NCBI GenBank assembly: GCA_963668355.1
Contig: OY764265.1
Span: 320,001-384,000 of the forward strand
Direction: 5' to 3'
Origin: Bdellovibrionota bacterium
Lineage (GTDB): Bacteria; Bdellovibrionota_G; JALEGL01; DATDPG01
Length of the DNA stretch: 64,000 nucleotides
Of the stretch, positions 1 through 12,843 are shown one piece after another (within the stretch, counting starts at the first letter, position 1; the number at the start of each line of letters is the position of its first letter). The notes under the pieces were generated by a model. That model was not told the origin of the DNA, ran no database searches, and saw only the letters and a program-made list of their open reading frames with translations. Position numbers and translations under genes: made by a program.

Positions 1-613
1 CCTTCAGGATCCGATCTGCTTCGCCTCGCTCGGTCGCCGCTACCCGCATGCGCTGGGCCGCATTGATTTCGTTCATCGACACCTTCACATTGGCATCCGG
101 ATCAATGTCGGTAACAAGCGCCTTGAGGATCCCGTACCCGAAACCTTCCATGACTTGGGCGAGTTCGCTCTTCACGATGTTGGCAATATCATCCTTTTTC
201 TCAAACACGTCATCGAGTTTGATTTTGGGCACTTGGGCCCGCACAACATCAAAGACAAAGGAAGTAATTTGTCGTTTCGCATTGTCGAGTTTGTAAAATG
301 CATCGTACGTCTTCTCCGGCAAGACAAAGAACTGTACGGCGACCACCATGCGGACGAAGACGTTGTCTTCCGTCTTGGTCTCGATCTCGACGTCCAGTTG
401 CTGAACACGTAAGTTGACACGACCGACAACTCTATCGATAAAAGGAACCTTGATACGGATACCCGGTCCGGCTTCCCGCACGAATTTTCCAAACCGCTGT
501 ACGATCGCAGTTGAGCGTTGTTCCACCGTAAAAAATGTCGCCGTAAGCACAACGAGCATCCCGACCGTAAACACACCCGCACCAAAAATATAGGTCATAA
601 TTTCATTTTGCAT
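1..613 (-). CDS. SPFH/Band 7 (stomatin/HIR-like) membrane protein, partial (runs off window start)
   Basis: Manual translation, not in the ORF track: MQNEIMTYIFGAGVFTVGMLVVLTATFFTVEQRSTAIVQRFGKF...RVQQLDVEIETKTEDNVFV...FDVVRAQVPKIKLDDVFEKK...MNEINAAQRMR. AAGGAG RBS at 619-624. Confidence 0.9.
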   Translation of the reverse strand, partial: MQNEIMTYIFGAGVFTVGMLVVLTATFFTVEQRSTAIVQRFGKFVREAGPGIRIKVPFIDRVVGRVNLRVQQLDVEIETKTEDNVFVRMVVAVQFFVLPEKTYDAFYKLDNAKRQITSFVFDVVRAQVPKIKLDDVFEKKDDIANIVKSELAQVMEGFGYGILKALVTDIDPDANVKVSMNEINAAQRMRVAATERGEADRILK

Positions 614-757
614 CACATCTCCTTAAGTTTCATAACTAGTGTTTTTATACTTCTGGAGTTGACCATCGACCATGAGGAAGTTTCATCGTGTAGCGTCGCA
701 AAAAGCGACATGATTATTCAACGATAATGATAAGAGCAATATGATAAATTAACAGGT

Positions 758-1702
758 ATGCGCATCCGTTCACCAAGGGCCGTAACCCAGCCTCGCCGAT
801 CCCGGGCAACGGTTATGCTATCCCTGGCAGCAACCGTTCTTATCGGGCTGTTGGATCACCTCACGGGTCCTGAATTTGGCTTCTCGGTATTCTATCTGCT
901 TCCGATTCTTGCCTGTGCTTGGCGGGTTGGCATACGAACTGCCATCCTTCTTGCCGCAACCGCCAGTGTCTGTTGGTTTGCTTCGGATTTTGCCCTACGC
1001 GATCAGTCCCATGTTTGGATTTCCTCCTGGAACGGTTTTTCTCGGTTTGTCATCTTCGGCGCGATGGCCGTGTTGGTCTTTTATCTACGTCGAAGTCAAA
1101 AGCGGCTGGTGATCCTTAACCGGCAACTCGAGAGTTCGGCAAAGCATGAAGCAGGGCTCGCGCGAACCGATTCGTTGACGGGCTTACCCAACGGCAGGTC
1201 GTTTCTGGAGGTCCTGACTCGAGAGGCAAATCGGAATCTGCGTTCGGGACAATCCATTTGCGTTGCCTATATCGATGTTGATAATTTCAAAGGTATTAAC
1301 GATCAACATGGACACGCAGTTGGTGACGATGTCCTGAAACGATTGGCTGAATCCTTTCAGCACGTAGTTCGAGGTGGCGACGTGGCCGCTCGACTGGGTG
1401 GAGACGAGTTCGCCATCCTTTTTTGGAATGTCCAGCAGAACGAAGTGGAAGAGATGGCCAAACGGTTGAAGCACCAAGCCGCTCTGATCGCTAAGGATTA
1501 TCCGGGAATGGGCCTCGGGATCAGCGTCGGGCTCGCGTATTTTCAAAAACCGCCCTTGGACCCGCAGGACTTACTTACTAAGGCAGATGCCGCCATGTAC
1601 CAGGGCAAAGAAACCGGCAAAGACCGTGTGGTGATGTGGATCGACGATCCACAGGGCTTTGTTGCGTCGGCTTCACATCTTTATGACCATACACCACACT
1701 AG
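758..1702 (+). CDS. Membrane-anchored diguanylate cyclase (GGDEF)
   Basis: N-terminal hydrophobic helices; DSLTGLPN, DVDNFKGIND, RGGD I-site and RLGGDEF motifs. Confidence 0.92.
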   Translation: MRIRSPRAVTQPRRSRATVMLSLAATVLIGLLDHLTGPEFGFSVFYLLPILACAWRVGIRTAILLAATASVCWFASDFALRDQSHVWISSWNGFSRFVIFGAMAVLVFYLRRSQKRLVILNRQLESSAKHEAGLARTDSLTGLPNGRSFLEVLTREANRNLRSGQSICVAYIDVDNFKGINDQHGHAVGDDVLKRLAESFQHVVRGGDVAARLGGDEFAILFWNVQQNEVEEMAKRLKHQAALIAKDYPGMGLGISVGLAYFQKPPLDPQDLLTKADAAMYQGKETGKDRVVMWIDDPQGFVASASHLYDHTPH

Positions 1703-1708
1703 AATTAA

Positions 1709-1744
1709 GGTGCGACTCCGCTACAAATGGCGTCCCCAAGGGGA
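1709..1744. repeat. 36-bp direct repeat, copy A; includes 17 nt identical to the tRNA-Glu 3' end (att-like)
   Basis: ggtgcgactccgctacaaatggcgtccccaagggga; 35/36 identical to 5291-5326; 1728-1744 equals 5577-5593. Confidence 0.9.
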
Positions 1745-2135
1745 CAACCTGAAAATTGATGATAGCCCGAGCCGAAGGGGTACCCAGTAACGCTGGGTCT
1801 GAGGCGAGATCTTTGCTGGTCTACGAACGCGAGTTCGTGAACTTCAAGTGTCGCTGGCATAGCGACACTCTTACAAAGAGCGAGGCGCGGGTGCCCTCTG
1901 GGCAGCGACGAGTCTCCCTAGAAGAACTCGAGCGCGGCTAGCGCGACAAATTTTCGAACTGAGTGTATGAGGTTGCCGGCCTAATACTGCCAAGTTCGAG
2001 CAATTAAAGACTGTTTTTACATTAACTGACTTTATCGACCCCGACTGATATGGTCGCTGCACAAAAAAGACTCGTTGGCCCCCTGCCCCTTCCTTCCCGG
2101 AGCCCCCTGCCTCTTTCTTGTAGAACGGTATCAAC

Positions 2136-3326
2136 ATGACAAACCAAACTATAAATGTACTTCAAGTGGCGACCCTCAATCGGCCTATTCGAAAAGACTT
2201 GGGCTACGGACCCATCGAAACAGTGATTTACAACATCGATCAAGGATTGCACGAGTTGGGGCATCGTTCGATTGTGGCTTGCTCAGGAGACTCTTGTGTA
2301 TCCGGCGAGCGATATACAACCATCAAAAAAAGTTTTAGCGAATACTGGAGTAAGAATACGTCCGCCCAAAAAGAGAGCAGTCGTCGGCACCTCACCATGT
2401 CGCTCGAGAGAGCCAGCCGAGGTGACATTGATATCATCCATATGCACGACGCCGCGATGGTCGAATACATTTTTAAAGGAGTGTTAAAAAGCCCGGTTCC
2501 CATCGTCATGACCCTTCACGTTCCCGCGGAAGAAAAGGGTTCGTTCAAGCGCTGGAATGAAACCTTAACTCCTGCCTCGAAAGTATTTTTCGTCCCCATC
2601 AGTGAATTCCAAAAAAACCAGAATCATGGCTTAGTCAACCTCCAGGAGGTGATCCACCATGGAATTGATATAAAAGACTACCCTTTCAACGACGCCCCCC
2701 AGAACGATAACTATCTGTTCACGATTGGAAGAGTCACGCAGGACAAAGGACAGGACAAATCCATCGAAGTCGCTAAGCGCAGCAATTCGAGACTTGTTAT
2801 TGCCGGAAATGTTCAGAATAAATCAAAAGACAGGGCATTCTTTAAAACGTTAGAGCCTTCGATCAACCTTTCGATTGATGCAAGCGAAAATCCCGGCGAC
2901 GACAACTATTACGACGAGGTCATCAAACCGGTTTTGGAATCCGGCCTACAGATCATTTATATTGGAGAAATCAATAGCGCCCAAAAAATGCATTGGTATC
3001 GCCATGCGCAAGCTACCCTATTTCCCATTCAGTGGGGAGAACCGTTCGGCTTGGTCTTAGTCGAATCGATGGCCTGTGGCACGCCGGTCCTAGCTCTCAA
3101 TCGAGGGTCTGTACCTGAAATTATCCTAGACCGAGAAACGGGTTTCATCGCCGATTCCATCGATGAAATGGTCGAACATGTACAAGACATTTCTCGCATT
3201 GACCGTCATATCTGTCGGCTCCATATCCAAGACCATTTTTCGATCGCGAGCATGGCAAAAAAATACTCACAATTGTACCAACAGATTCTGGTTGAAAGGG
3301 CTTCATGCCAAAAGACATCCCCGTAA
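2136..3326 (+). CDS. GT4 family glycosyltransferase
   Basis: YGPIE, IHHGID, IGRVTQDKG, WGEPFGLVLVESMACGTPV motifs. Confidence 0.9.
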   Translation: MTNQTINVLQVATLNRPIRKDLGYGPIETVIYNIDQGLHELGHRSIVACSGDSCVSGERYTTIKKSFSEYWSKNTSAQKESSRRHLTMSLERASRGDIDIIHMHDAAMVEYIFKGVLKSPVPIVMTLHVPAEEKGSFKRWNETLTPASKVFFVPISEFQKNQNHGLVNLQEVIHHGIDIKDYPFNDAPQNDNYLFTIGRVTQDKGQDKSIEVAKRSNSRLVIAGNVQNKSKDRAFFKTLEPSINLSIDASENPGDDNYYDEVIKPVLESGLQIIYIGEINSAQKMHWYRHAQATLFPIQWGEPFGLVLVESMACGTPVLALNRGSVPEIILDRETGFIADSIDEMVEHVQDISRIDRHICRLHIQDHFSIASMAKKYSQLYQQILVERASCQKTSP

Positions 3327-5275
3327 GCAACGGGTCTCTGCTTTTGAATTTTGATTCGGATTATCAAATTCGAGATGTCTATTTTCCTTTTGTTGGACAA
3401 GAAAACCATTCTAAAGGACACCCCTTTCGGTTTGGCGTGTGGGTAGATGGTCAATATTCTTGCATGGATTCGGATTGGAAAAAAGATTTAAGATACCATG
3501 ACGAGAGTCTTGTTACAGATGTCAGGCTAAGCCATGATATTTTAGGATTGGAGCTTCACTGTTCCGACGTCGTCGATTTTGATTTAAACATTTATATAAA
3601 AAAATTAGAGGTGATCAACCTCCAAGCCAAGCCCCGCCAGGTCAGGCTCTTTTTCAGCCATGATTTTTATCTCTATGGAAATGATATCGGAGGGACAGCC
3701 TACTTTGACCCGAGAAGCTGCTCCATCATTCACTACAAAGTCCATCGCTATTTTTTAATGAGTAGCTGGGCCCATGGCAAATGGGGAGTGCAGCATTATT
3801 CTTGCGGAAGAAAAGATACTCCAGAAGGCCTAGAAACAGGGAAGGAAGTTTCGAGCGGAGAACTGAATGGAAATCCTTCGGCTTGGGGCTCTCCTCATTC
3901 CACCCTTGGCATTTGGTTAAACTTACCCCATCGTGGAAAGGAAACGGCCTATTACTGGATGGCAGCTGGAACCACCTACGCGCAGGTCGCAAACCTCAAC
4001 TTGGAAGTCCATCAGATCACACCGAAAAAACTCATTCAACGCTCACACAAATATTGGGAAGCATGGGTGCAAAAAGATTCCTTGCCGATCGAAGGCCTAC
4101 CCAAAGCTGTGACCGATGTGTTTAGCCGTAGCCTGCTGATCCTCAGAACTCAGATTGATAATCATGGAGCCATTATCGCGGCCAATGACTCTGACATTGT
4201 TCGTTTCGGAAAGGATACGTACTCCTATATGTGGGGAAGGGACGGTGCTTTTGTCGCTGCGGCCTTAGCCAAGGCCGGACAATCTCACCTCTGCATGAAA
4301 TATTTTAATTTCTGCGCCCGTATTCTGTCCGACGAAGGCTACCTCTTTCAGCATTACAATCCCGACGGTTCGCTCGCCAGCAATTGGCACCCTTGGTTAG
4401 TCGACGACAAAGAAGTGCTGCCCATCCAGGAGGATTCAACCGCCCTCACGATTTGGGCGCTTTGGGAGCATTACCAAAGCTTGCAAGACGTGGAATTCAT
4501 TCGCCCCCTCTACAAAACGCTGATCAAAAAGGCCTCCCATTTCCTAGTTAGTTACCGTGACCCGGAGACATTACTCCCCTTACCCTCCTATGATCTTTGG
4601 GAGGAGCGCTATGCCGTGCACACATATACCGTGGCTACCGTTATCGCTGGCCTTAGAGCCGCAGCGAATTTCTCCCGACTGTTTCACGATACGGCCCTTG
4701 CCCAAGATTATGAGCGCGTGGCGGACGAAATGACAAACGGAATAACGAAATATCTTTATCACAACCGCCTAAATCGCTTTGCTCGATCCGGCAACCGAAC
4801 CGAAAACGGCTATAGACTGAACGAAGTCATCGATGTAAGCCTCCTGAGCTTAGCCACTTTCGGTATCATGGACGCCAAAGATGCAAAGATGGCCAGGACG
4901 GCTGATGCCATACACAAAGCACTCTGGCTTAAGACACCCGTCGAAGGTCTAGCCCGTTACGAAAAGGATGTTTATCAACTGGAGGCGGACAGTCCGCCGA
5001 ACGTTCCAGGAAATCCCTGGTTCATTTCAACGCTTTGGTTAGGTGAATATTTCATCGAAAGAGCGCGGAATCGCAAAGAATTGAAAAAAGCGCTTCCCTA
5101 CCTTGAGTGGTGCGTGAGAAACGCTCTTCCTTCAGGCGTGTTTGCCGAACAGGTACACCCGGTCAAGGGCTCTCCCCTCAGTGTTTCTCCTTTGACCTGG
5201 AGCCATTCCGCCTTTGTTTGGACCGTTCTGCGATACGTCGAAAAGTATAAGTCCTTGGCTTCCCCTGGGCCGTGA
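3305..5275 (+). CDS. GH15 glucoamylase/glucodextranase-like glycoside hydrolase
   Basis: GAIIAA, YSYMWGRDG, YDLWEE, FAEQV and SPLTWSH motifs; overlaps the GT4 gene by 22 bp. Confidence 0.9.
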   Translation: MPKDIPVSNGSLLLNFDSDYQIRDVYFPFVGQENHSKGHPFRFGVWVDGQYSCMDSDWKKDLRYHDESLVTDVRLSHDILGLELHCSDVVDFDLNIYIKKLEVINLQAKPRQVRLFFSHDFYLYGNDIGGTAYFDPRSCSIIHYKVHRYFLMSSWAHGKWGVQHYSCGRKDTPEGLETGKEVSSGELNGNPSAWGSPHSTLGIWLNLPHRGKETAYYWMAAGTTYAQVANLNLEVHQITPKKLIQRSHKYWEAWVQKDSLPIEGLPKAVTDVFSRSLLILRTQIDNHGAIIAANDSDIVRFGKDTYSYMWGRDGAFVAAALAKAGQSHLCMKYFNFCARILSDEGYLFQHYNPDGSLASNWHPWLVDDKEVLPIQEDSTALTIWALWEHYQSLQDVEFIRPLYKTLIKKASHFLVSYRDPETLLPLPSYDLWEERYAVHTYTVATVIAGLRAAANFSRLFHDTALAQDYERVADEMTNGITKYLYHNRLNRFARSGNRTENGYRLNEVIDVSLLSLATFGIMDAKDAKMARTADAIHKALWLKTPVEGLARYEKDVYQLEADSPPNVPGNPWFISTLWLGEYFIERARNRKELKKALPYLEWCVRNALPSGVFAEQVHPVKGSPLSVSPLTWSHSAFVWTVLRYVEKYKSLASPGP

Positions 5276-5290
5276 TGACCATATATGTAT

Positions 5291-5330
5291 GGTGCGACTC
5301 CGCTACAAATGGCGCCCCCAAGGGGATTTG
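5291..5330. repeat. Direct repeat, copy B; includes 21 nt of the tRNA-Glu 3' end (1 mismatch)
   Basis: ggtgcgactccgctacaaatggcgcccccaaggggatttg; compare 1709-1744 and 5577-5597. Confidence 0.9.
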
Positions 5331-5538
5331 GCCAATTTTCCCCTGGCCTTCGGCCAGATGAAAAATGTGGCATAAGAATCTCTAATTCGCTTTGCTCATA
5401 AGAGCTTCTAAAACCCCACGGGGTTCGTCGCCTTTCGGCGACAGACTTGTGTTGAGCAAAGAGCCCCACCCATTTCATGGGTCCCCGGTTCTCTTTGTTC
5501 TATTGCTATGGCAAGTTCAAATCCCCTCTTAAAAATGA

Positions 5539-5576
5539 CAAACTAAAAAGCCCATCCGAAGATGGGCTTTTTAGTT

Positions 5577-5578
<2 letters not shown>
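5539..5578 (-). terminator. Intrinsic terminator-like hairpin directly after tRNA-Glu (could act bidirectionally)
   Basis: Perfect 18-bp inverted repeat caaactaaaaagcccatc / gatgggctttttagtttg; C(UUCG)G loop on the minus strand. Confidence 0.8.
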
Positions 5579-5654
<76 letters not shown>

Positions 5655-5728
5655 GCATGTATTCAATTTTAATGTGCCCGGCTTCGCATTGCTACGCCGG
5701 GGCACCAAATTTCCCCTGCGGGAAAATT

Positions 5729-5803
5729 TGGTGAGCCAGGTTGGTATCGAACCAACGACCCTCTGCTTAAAAGGCAGATGCTCTACCACTGAGCTACTGG
5801 CCC
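5729..5803 (-). tRNA. tRNA-Lys(TTT)
   Basis: GGGCCAGTAGCTCAGTGGTAGAGC..., TCTGC-CTTTTAA-GCAGA anticodon arm, GGTTCGATACC, encoded CCA. Confidence 0.97.
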
Positions 5804-5815
5804 AACCGATGCGTC

Positions 5816-5843
5816 GTTATACAGAAAATCCCGAAGTGATCAA
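5816..5843 (-). promoter_or_regulatory. Putative sigma70 promoter of the tRNA pair
   Basis: TTGATC-N16-TATAAC just upstream of tRNA-Lys. Confidence 0.5.
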
Positions 5844-5858
5844 GCGAACTTTTCCCAA

Positions 5859-8736
<2,878 letters not shown>

Positions 8737-8740
<4 letters not shown>

Positions 8741-9873
8741 GCTTTCCCCTCCATAACCTCTTTGGCCTTCGCCACCGCCAACCCTTCTTTGGCTTGTGGA
8801 AAATACGACATCAAACTTTTCTCAATTGTAGCAATGGCATCCAATAAATCTTTAGGCCGGACCATGCCCATATGGGAAATGCGAAACACTTTTCCTGCCA
8901 ATTCGCCCTGTCCTCCAGCCAACCACAACTCCTCTTCGAATTTGAGTTGATCCAACCATTGTTTTAAATCGACACCCTTTGGCGCTTTGATGACTGAAAT
9001 GGCCGGAGAAGCCTCTTCCTCTGTGTTATATAGTTCCAATCCCATGGCTGTGAACGCTTTGCGGGCCATACTCTGCATGAGATGGGTCCGCGCGAAAAGA
9101 GATGCTTTGCCTTCGGTTCGAAGGGCGCTCAAGGCCACCGCCAGCCCCTTAAACAATGAAATGGCCGGAGTGAAAGCCGTGGTGTTTTTTTTCTGACTCG
9201 CGAGTTCCATTTGAATGGAGAAATAGCGACTTCGCGAAACCTGACCGGATAATATTTCAATGGCCCTAGAACTTAACGTCACTGTGGCCAATCCCGGAGG
9301 TGTCATCAATGCCTTTTGAGATCCACACACCAATACGTCAATGTGATCCCGATCCATGTCCAGGTCATAGACTCCCAAAGCCGTGATTCCATCCACCACA
9401 AAAAGAGGATGCCCGGAAGATCGCAAGCTTTCTCCAATGCGTCCAATGGGATGCGCCACGCCCGTCGATGTCTCTGAAGCTTGAATGAAAACGGCCTTGG
9501 TTTGGGGCGTGACCGCAGTCAACACCTGCTCGACGGTGGCAGCCCTTCCCCATTCCACGTGAATCACGTTCGTGTTCAATTTGTAGTGATTCGTCAACTC
9601 CGCCCATCGCTCTCCAAACTTTCCACCTTCAACCACAACCACTTCGTCTCCGGGAGAAAACATGGACGCAACTACCGCTTCCATTCCTCCAGATCCGCTG
9701 GAGGAAAAAATCACGGATTCTCCCGATTGGGTTCCGGCTAACCAATTCAAATCCGCTCGAAGGGTCTTCAAAATTTCACCAAACTCTGGAGAACGATGAT
9801 GGATCATGGGCTGGGCCATGACTTTTAGAACCTCAGGATGAACAGGCGTGGGACCTGGCGTGAGCAATTTCAT
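8737..9873 (-). CDS. Class V aminotransferase (serine/alanine-glyoxylate type; possibly the phosphoserine aminotransferase given serA linkage)
   Basis: LLTPGPTPV, ETSTGV, GSQKAL (PLP lysine), FRISHMG. Confidence 0.85.
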
Positions 9874-9879
9874 GACAAC

Positions 9880-11667
9880 TTAACTGAATTCCTTCAGCAC
9901 CAACTCCAACTGCTCCACAAGCGTCACCAATTTCTTGGGATCTTTCTGAGAAATGAATCCGGGAGACGCATCCAAGAGTTTCTGAAACGTCTGCTTTCGC
10001 TGATCCGGAACTTCGGCTCCCGTGGCTTCCATTTTACCCCGCAGTCGATGCGCCAACACCTCGGCCTTTTGAGCCAAGCGCTCTGCGTCTTCCTGGTCTT
10101 TGACCGCCACATCATAATCTTTGGCATTTACGCGCATGTCTTCAATTTCTTCCGGCGTCAGCCCACTGGACATCGTTACCGTAATGGATTGTTCTTTTCC
10201 CGTGTCCAAATCCCTGGCCGCCACTTGTACGATTCCATTGGCGTCAATGTCGAAACGAACTTCAATTTCCGGCTCTCCGGCTCCGGCCTTTCGAATTCCG
10301 GTTAACGCGAACTCTCCCAAAAGTTCATTTTCCTCCGCGACAGGTTTATCTCCCTGAAAGACTTGAATGCGAACCGTCTCTTGATTTTCTTTTACCGTGG
10401 TAAACACCTTGGTCTTGGACACTGGAACGGTGGTATTGGCTTCGATCAACCTCGTAAACATGCCTCCGGCCGATTGAATGCCCAAAGGCAAGGGCGTCAC
10501 GTCCAAGAGCAACATCTCGGTTTCATCTTCCGAAACCAACGCATACCCTTGAATGGCAGCTCCAATGGCCACAGCTTCATCCGGATGAACTTGGCGAGCG
10601 GCTGAACGGCCAAAGAAATTGGAAATGCGATCCTGAACAAATGGGGTTCGCGTTTGTCCCCCAATCAACAACACATCATCCAAATCTTCTTTGCCCATGC
10701 GAGCCATACGCAAACAGTCTGCAGTAATCTCAATCGTCTTGTCGATCATGGGCTGGGTCAACTCTTCCAATAGGGCTCGATTGATCGTGAGATTGAGATG
10801 AATGGGTCCTTCGGAAGCGTTTTCAATAAACGGAAGATTGATGGCCGCCTCGCGATATTGGGAAAGATCGCATTTGGCTTTTTCACAGGCTTCTTTCAAA
10901 CGCTGAAGCGCACTCAAATTTTCGCGAAGATCTACGCCGTTCTCTTTCAAAAAGCTTTCGGCGACATGATCCACCAAGACATTGTCAATGTCCTCTCCCC
11001 CAAGAAAGGTATCCCCAGAGGTCGCAATGACCTTGAAAACGCCATCCATGATTTCCAAGATAGAGATGTCAAACGTTCCTCCACCGAAATCGTACACAGC
11101 CACACGCTTCTCATCTTTTTTGTTATAGCCGTAAGCAATGGCCGCCGCTGTAGGCTCGTTGATGATGCGCAATACATTAAGCCCCGCAATTTTCCCGGCA
11201 TCTTTAGTGGCTTGTCGTTGAGCATCACTGAAGTAAGCAGGCACCGTGATCACAGCATCTTGAACTTTCGTACCGAGATGTTCCTCCGCCACGCGTTTCA
11301 TCTCACCCAAAACATAGGAGGAAATTTCCGGCAAAGAGAAATCGCCCTGTTCACAACGAATGCGAATGTCCCCGTGCGGCCCTTCAAACAATTCATAGGG
11401 ATACAAAGCATCGGCCACCTTGGCCTCCGAAGAGTTGATTCGGCGTCCGATAAGCCGTTTGGCGCTGTACACCGTATTCTTCGGGTTGGTGATGATTTGA
11501 CGTTTGGCCACCTGCCCCACCAAGCGCTGCCCTTCAGGTAAAAACCCCACAACCGAAGGCGTAGTTTTGTACCCGCTCTTGTTGGGAATCACGAATGTGC
11601 GTTTTCCCTCACAAATGGCTACACACGAATTGGTGGTTCCTAGATCAATGCCAATGACTTTTCCCAT
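9880..11667 (-). CDS. dnaK: Hsp70/DnaK family chaperone (probable paralog)
   Basis: GIDLGTTNS, INEPTAAA, DFGGGTFD, LLLDVTPL; 595 aa with short C-terminus. Confidence 0.9.
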   Translation of the reverse strand: MGKVIGIDLGTTNSCVAICEGKRTFVIPNKSGYKTTPSVVGFLPEGQRLVGQVAKRQIITNPKNTVYSAKRLIGRRINSSEAKVADALYPYELFEGPHGDIRIRCEQGDFSLPEISSYVLGEMKRVAEEHLGTKVQDAVITVPAYFSDAQRQATKDAGKIAGLNVLRIINEPTAAAIAYGYNKKDEKRVAVYDFGGGTFDISILEIMDGVFKVIATSGDTFLGGEDIDNVLVDHVAESFLKENGVDLRENLSALQRLKEACEKAKCDLSQYREAAINLPFIENASEGPIHLNLTINRALLEELTQPMIDKTIEITADCLRMARMGKEDLDDVLLIGGQTRTPFVQDRISNFFGRSAARQVHPDEAVAIGAAIQGYALVSEDETEMLLLDVTPLPLGIQSAGGMFTRLIEANTTVPVSKTKVFTTVKENQETVRIQVFQGDKPVAEENELLGEFALTGIRKAGAGEPEIEVRFDIDANGIVQVAARDLDTGKEQSITVTMSSGLTPEEIEDMRVNAKDYDVAVKDQEDAERLAQKAEVLAHRLRGKMEATGAEVPDQRKQTFQKLLDASPGFISQKDPKKLVTLVEQLELVLKEFS

Positions 11668-11670
11668 ACC

Positions 11671-12843
11671 CTATTTCCGTTTCAGTTCGTCAAGGCCTCT
11701 TGAAGCGTCCAAATGTCGCTTTTCCAAACGCAAGGCGGCTTTGAATGCTTTTTCTGCTCGGTCCAGAGAGCCTGCGGCCAAACAAATATGACCTACTGTA
11801 GCATGAAGATCCGCATCTTCCGGGAAATACTTCAACGCCTGCTCCCCTACATTTATGGCCTGATTTCCAGAGCCTTTCAACCTCCGGTATAACATTGTAA
11901 GGTCCCGAAAACACTCCTTTTCTCGAATCTTCAAGGCCACGGCTTCCTCCAGCAGATAAAGCGCTCGTTTGGCATCTCCCAGGTCCATGGCTTCTCGACC
12001 TTTTCGATAAAATTCCTCCGCCCGTCTGCGGTCCAAAGCCGGCTTCAAACGCTCAAAAGAAGTTCGATAGGTTTCATTTTTCGAATCATATTGGAGGGCG
12101 GCTTGGTAGAAATTGGCGGCAGCCAAAAAATTCCCCAATTCTTCCTCCCTCTTTCCCTGGGCGTATTGTTTTTTGGCTTGGGCAATTCGTTCGATCAAGG
12201 TGTTTCCAAATTTTTGGACTTTGGGTTTCTTTTTCTCGCTCGCATCTTCCTGGGTAGACTGCGTTTTCTTAATGGTTCGATCGTAACTTCTTCGCTTGGC
12301 TTCTTGCGAAAGCTCTTCGTATGCTTTTGAAACCTTTTCGAATAAATCTTCCAGAATTTTGGCGTAGGGCCCAAGAGCCTTTCCAAAAAAACGATCCGGA
12401 TGGAGTTTTTTAACATGCATCAAATACGCTTTTTTAATTTGAGCCGTCGGCGCCTTGGGATCGACCATCAGAACTTCGTAGTAATTCTTCTTTTCCAAGC
12501 CATCGTAGCGTTCCCGAAGTTCTTTTCGTAACTCCCTGGGTATTTTGGACAGTTCCGGATCCTGATCTTCCGCATCCAACTTCGCCACAAAGGGATCTCG
12601 TTTTCCGGGTCTCTTGGGTTTCGGCGTCGCTTCCCTTACGCGAACAAAGCCTCCCTCCACACAACGGGAGAGAAGGGCCCAAACCCGATCCACATCAAAG
12701 CCTACGATGGAAGCAATCTGGCCCAAGGTCGTGTGCCCGTCTACACGGGTCAAAACGAAAGCCTCTTCGGGCTTTAGGCCCAGACTTTCGACACCGTCCA
12801 TGCGGACCAGTTCGAACACAACATTTGGTTCCGGTCGATTCAT
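11671..12843 (-). CDS. J-domain protein with C-terminal TPR repeats
   Basis: NYYEVL...IKKAY...LHPDRF J-domain; helical TPR-like C-terminus. Confidence 0.85.
   Translation of the reverse strand: MNRPEPNVVFELVRMDGVESLGLKPEEAFVLTRVDGHTTLGQIASIVGFDVDRVWALLSRCVEGGFVRVREATPKPKRPGKRDPFVAKLDAEDQDPELSKIPRELRKELRERYDGLEKKNYYEVLMVDPKAPTAQIKKAYLMHVKKLHPDRFFGKALGPYAKILEDLFEKVSKAYEELSQEAKRRSYDRTIKKTQSTQEDASEKKKPKVQKFGNTLIERIAQAKKQYAQGKREEELGNFLAAANFYQAALQYDSKNETYRTSFERLKPALDRRRAEEFYRKGREAMDLGDAKRALYLLEEAVALKIREKECFRDLTMLYRRLKGSGNQAINVGEQALKYFPEDADLHATVGHICLAAGSLDRAEKAFKAALRLEKRHLDASRGLDELKRK

Noticed and set aside
711..745. Fur-box-like GATAATGATAA upstream of the GGDEF gene
   Set aside because: Only half of the palindrome matches, in an AT-rich region with no iron-related genes.
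1745..2000. Group I intron remnant in a tRNA fragment
   Set aside because: Only a faint likeness (cccgagccgaag); no recognisable P7 core and no second tRNA exon.
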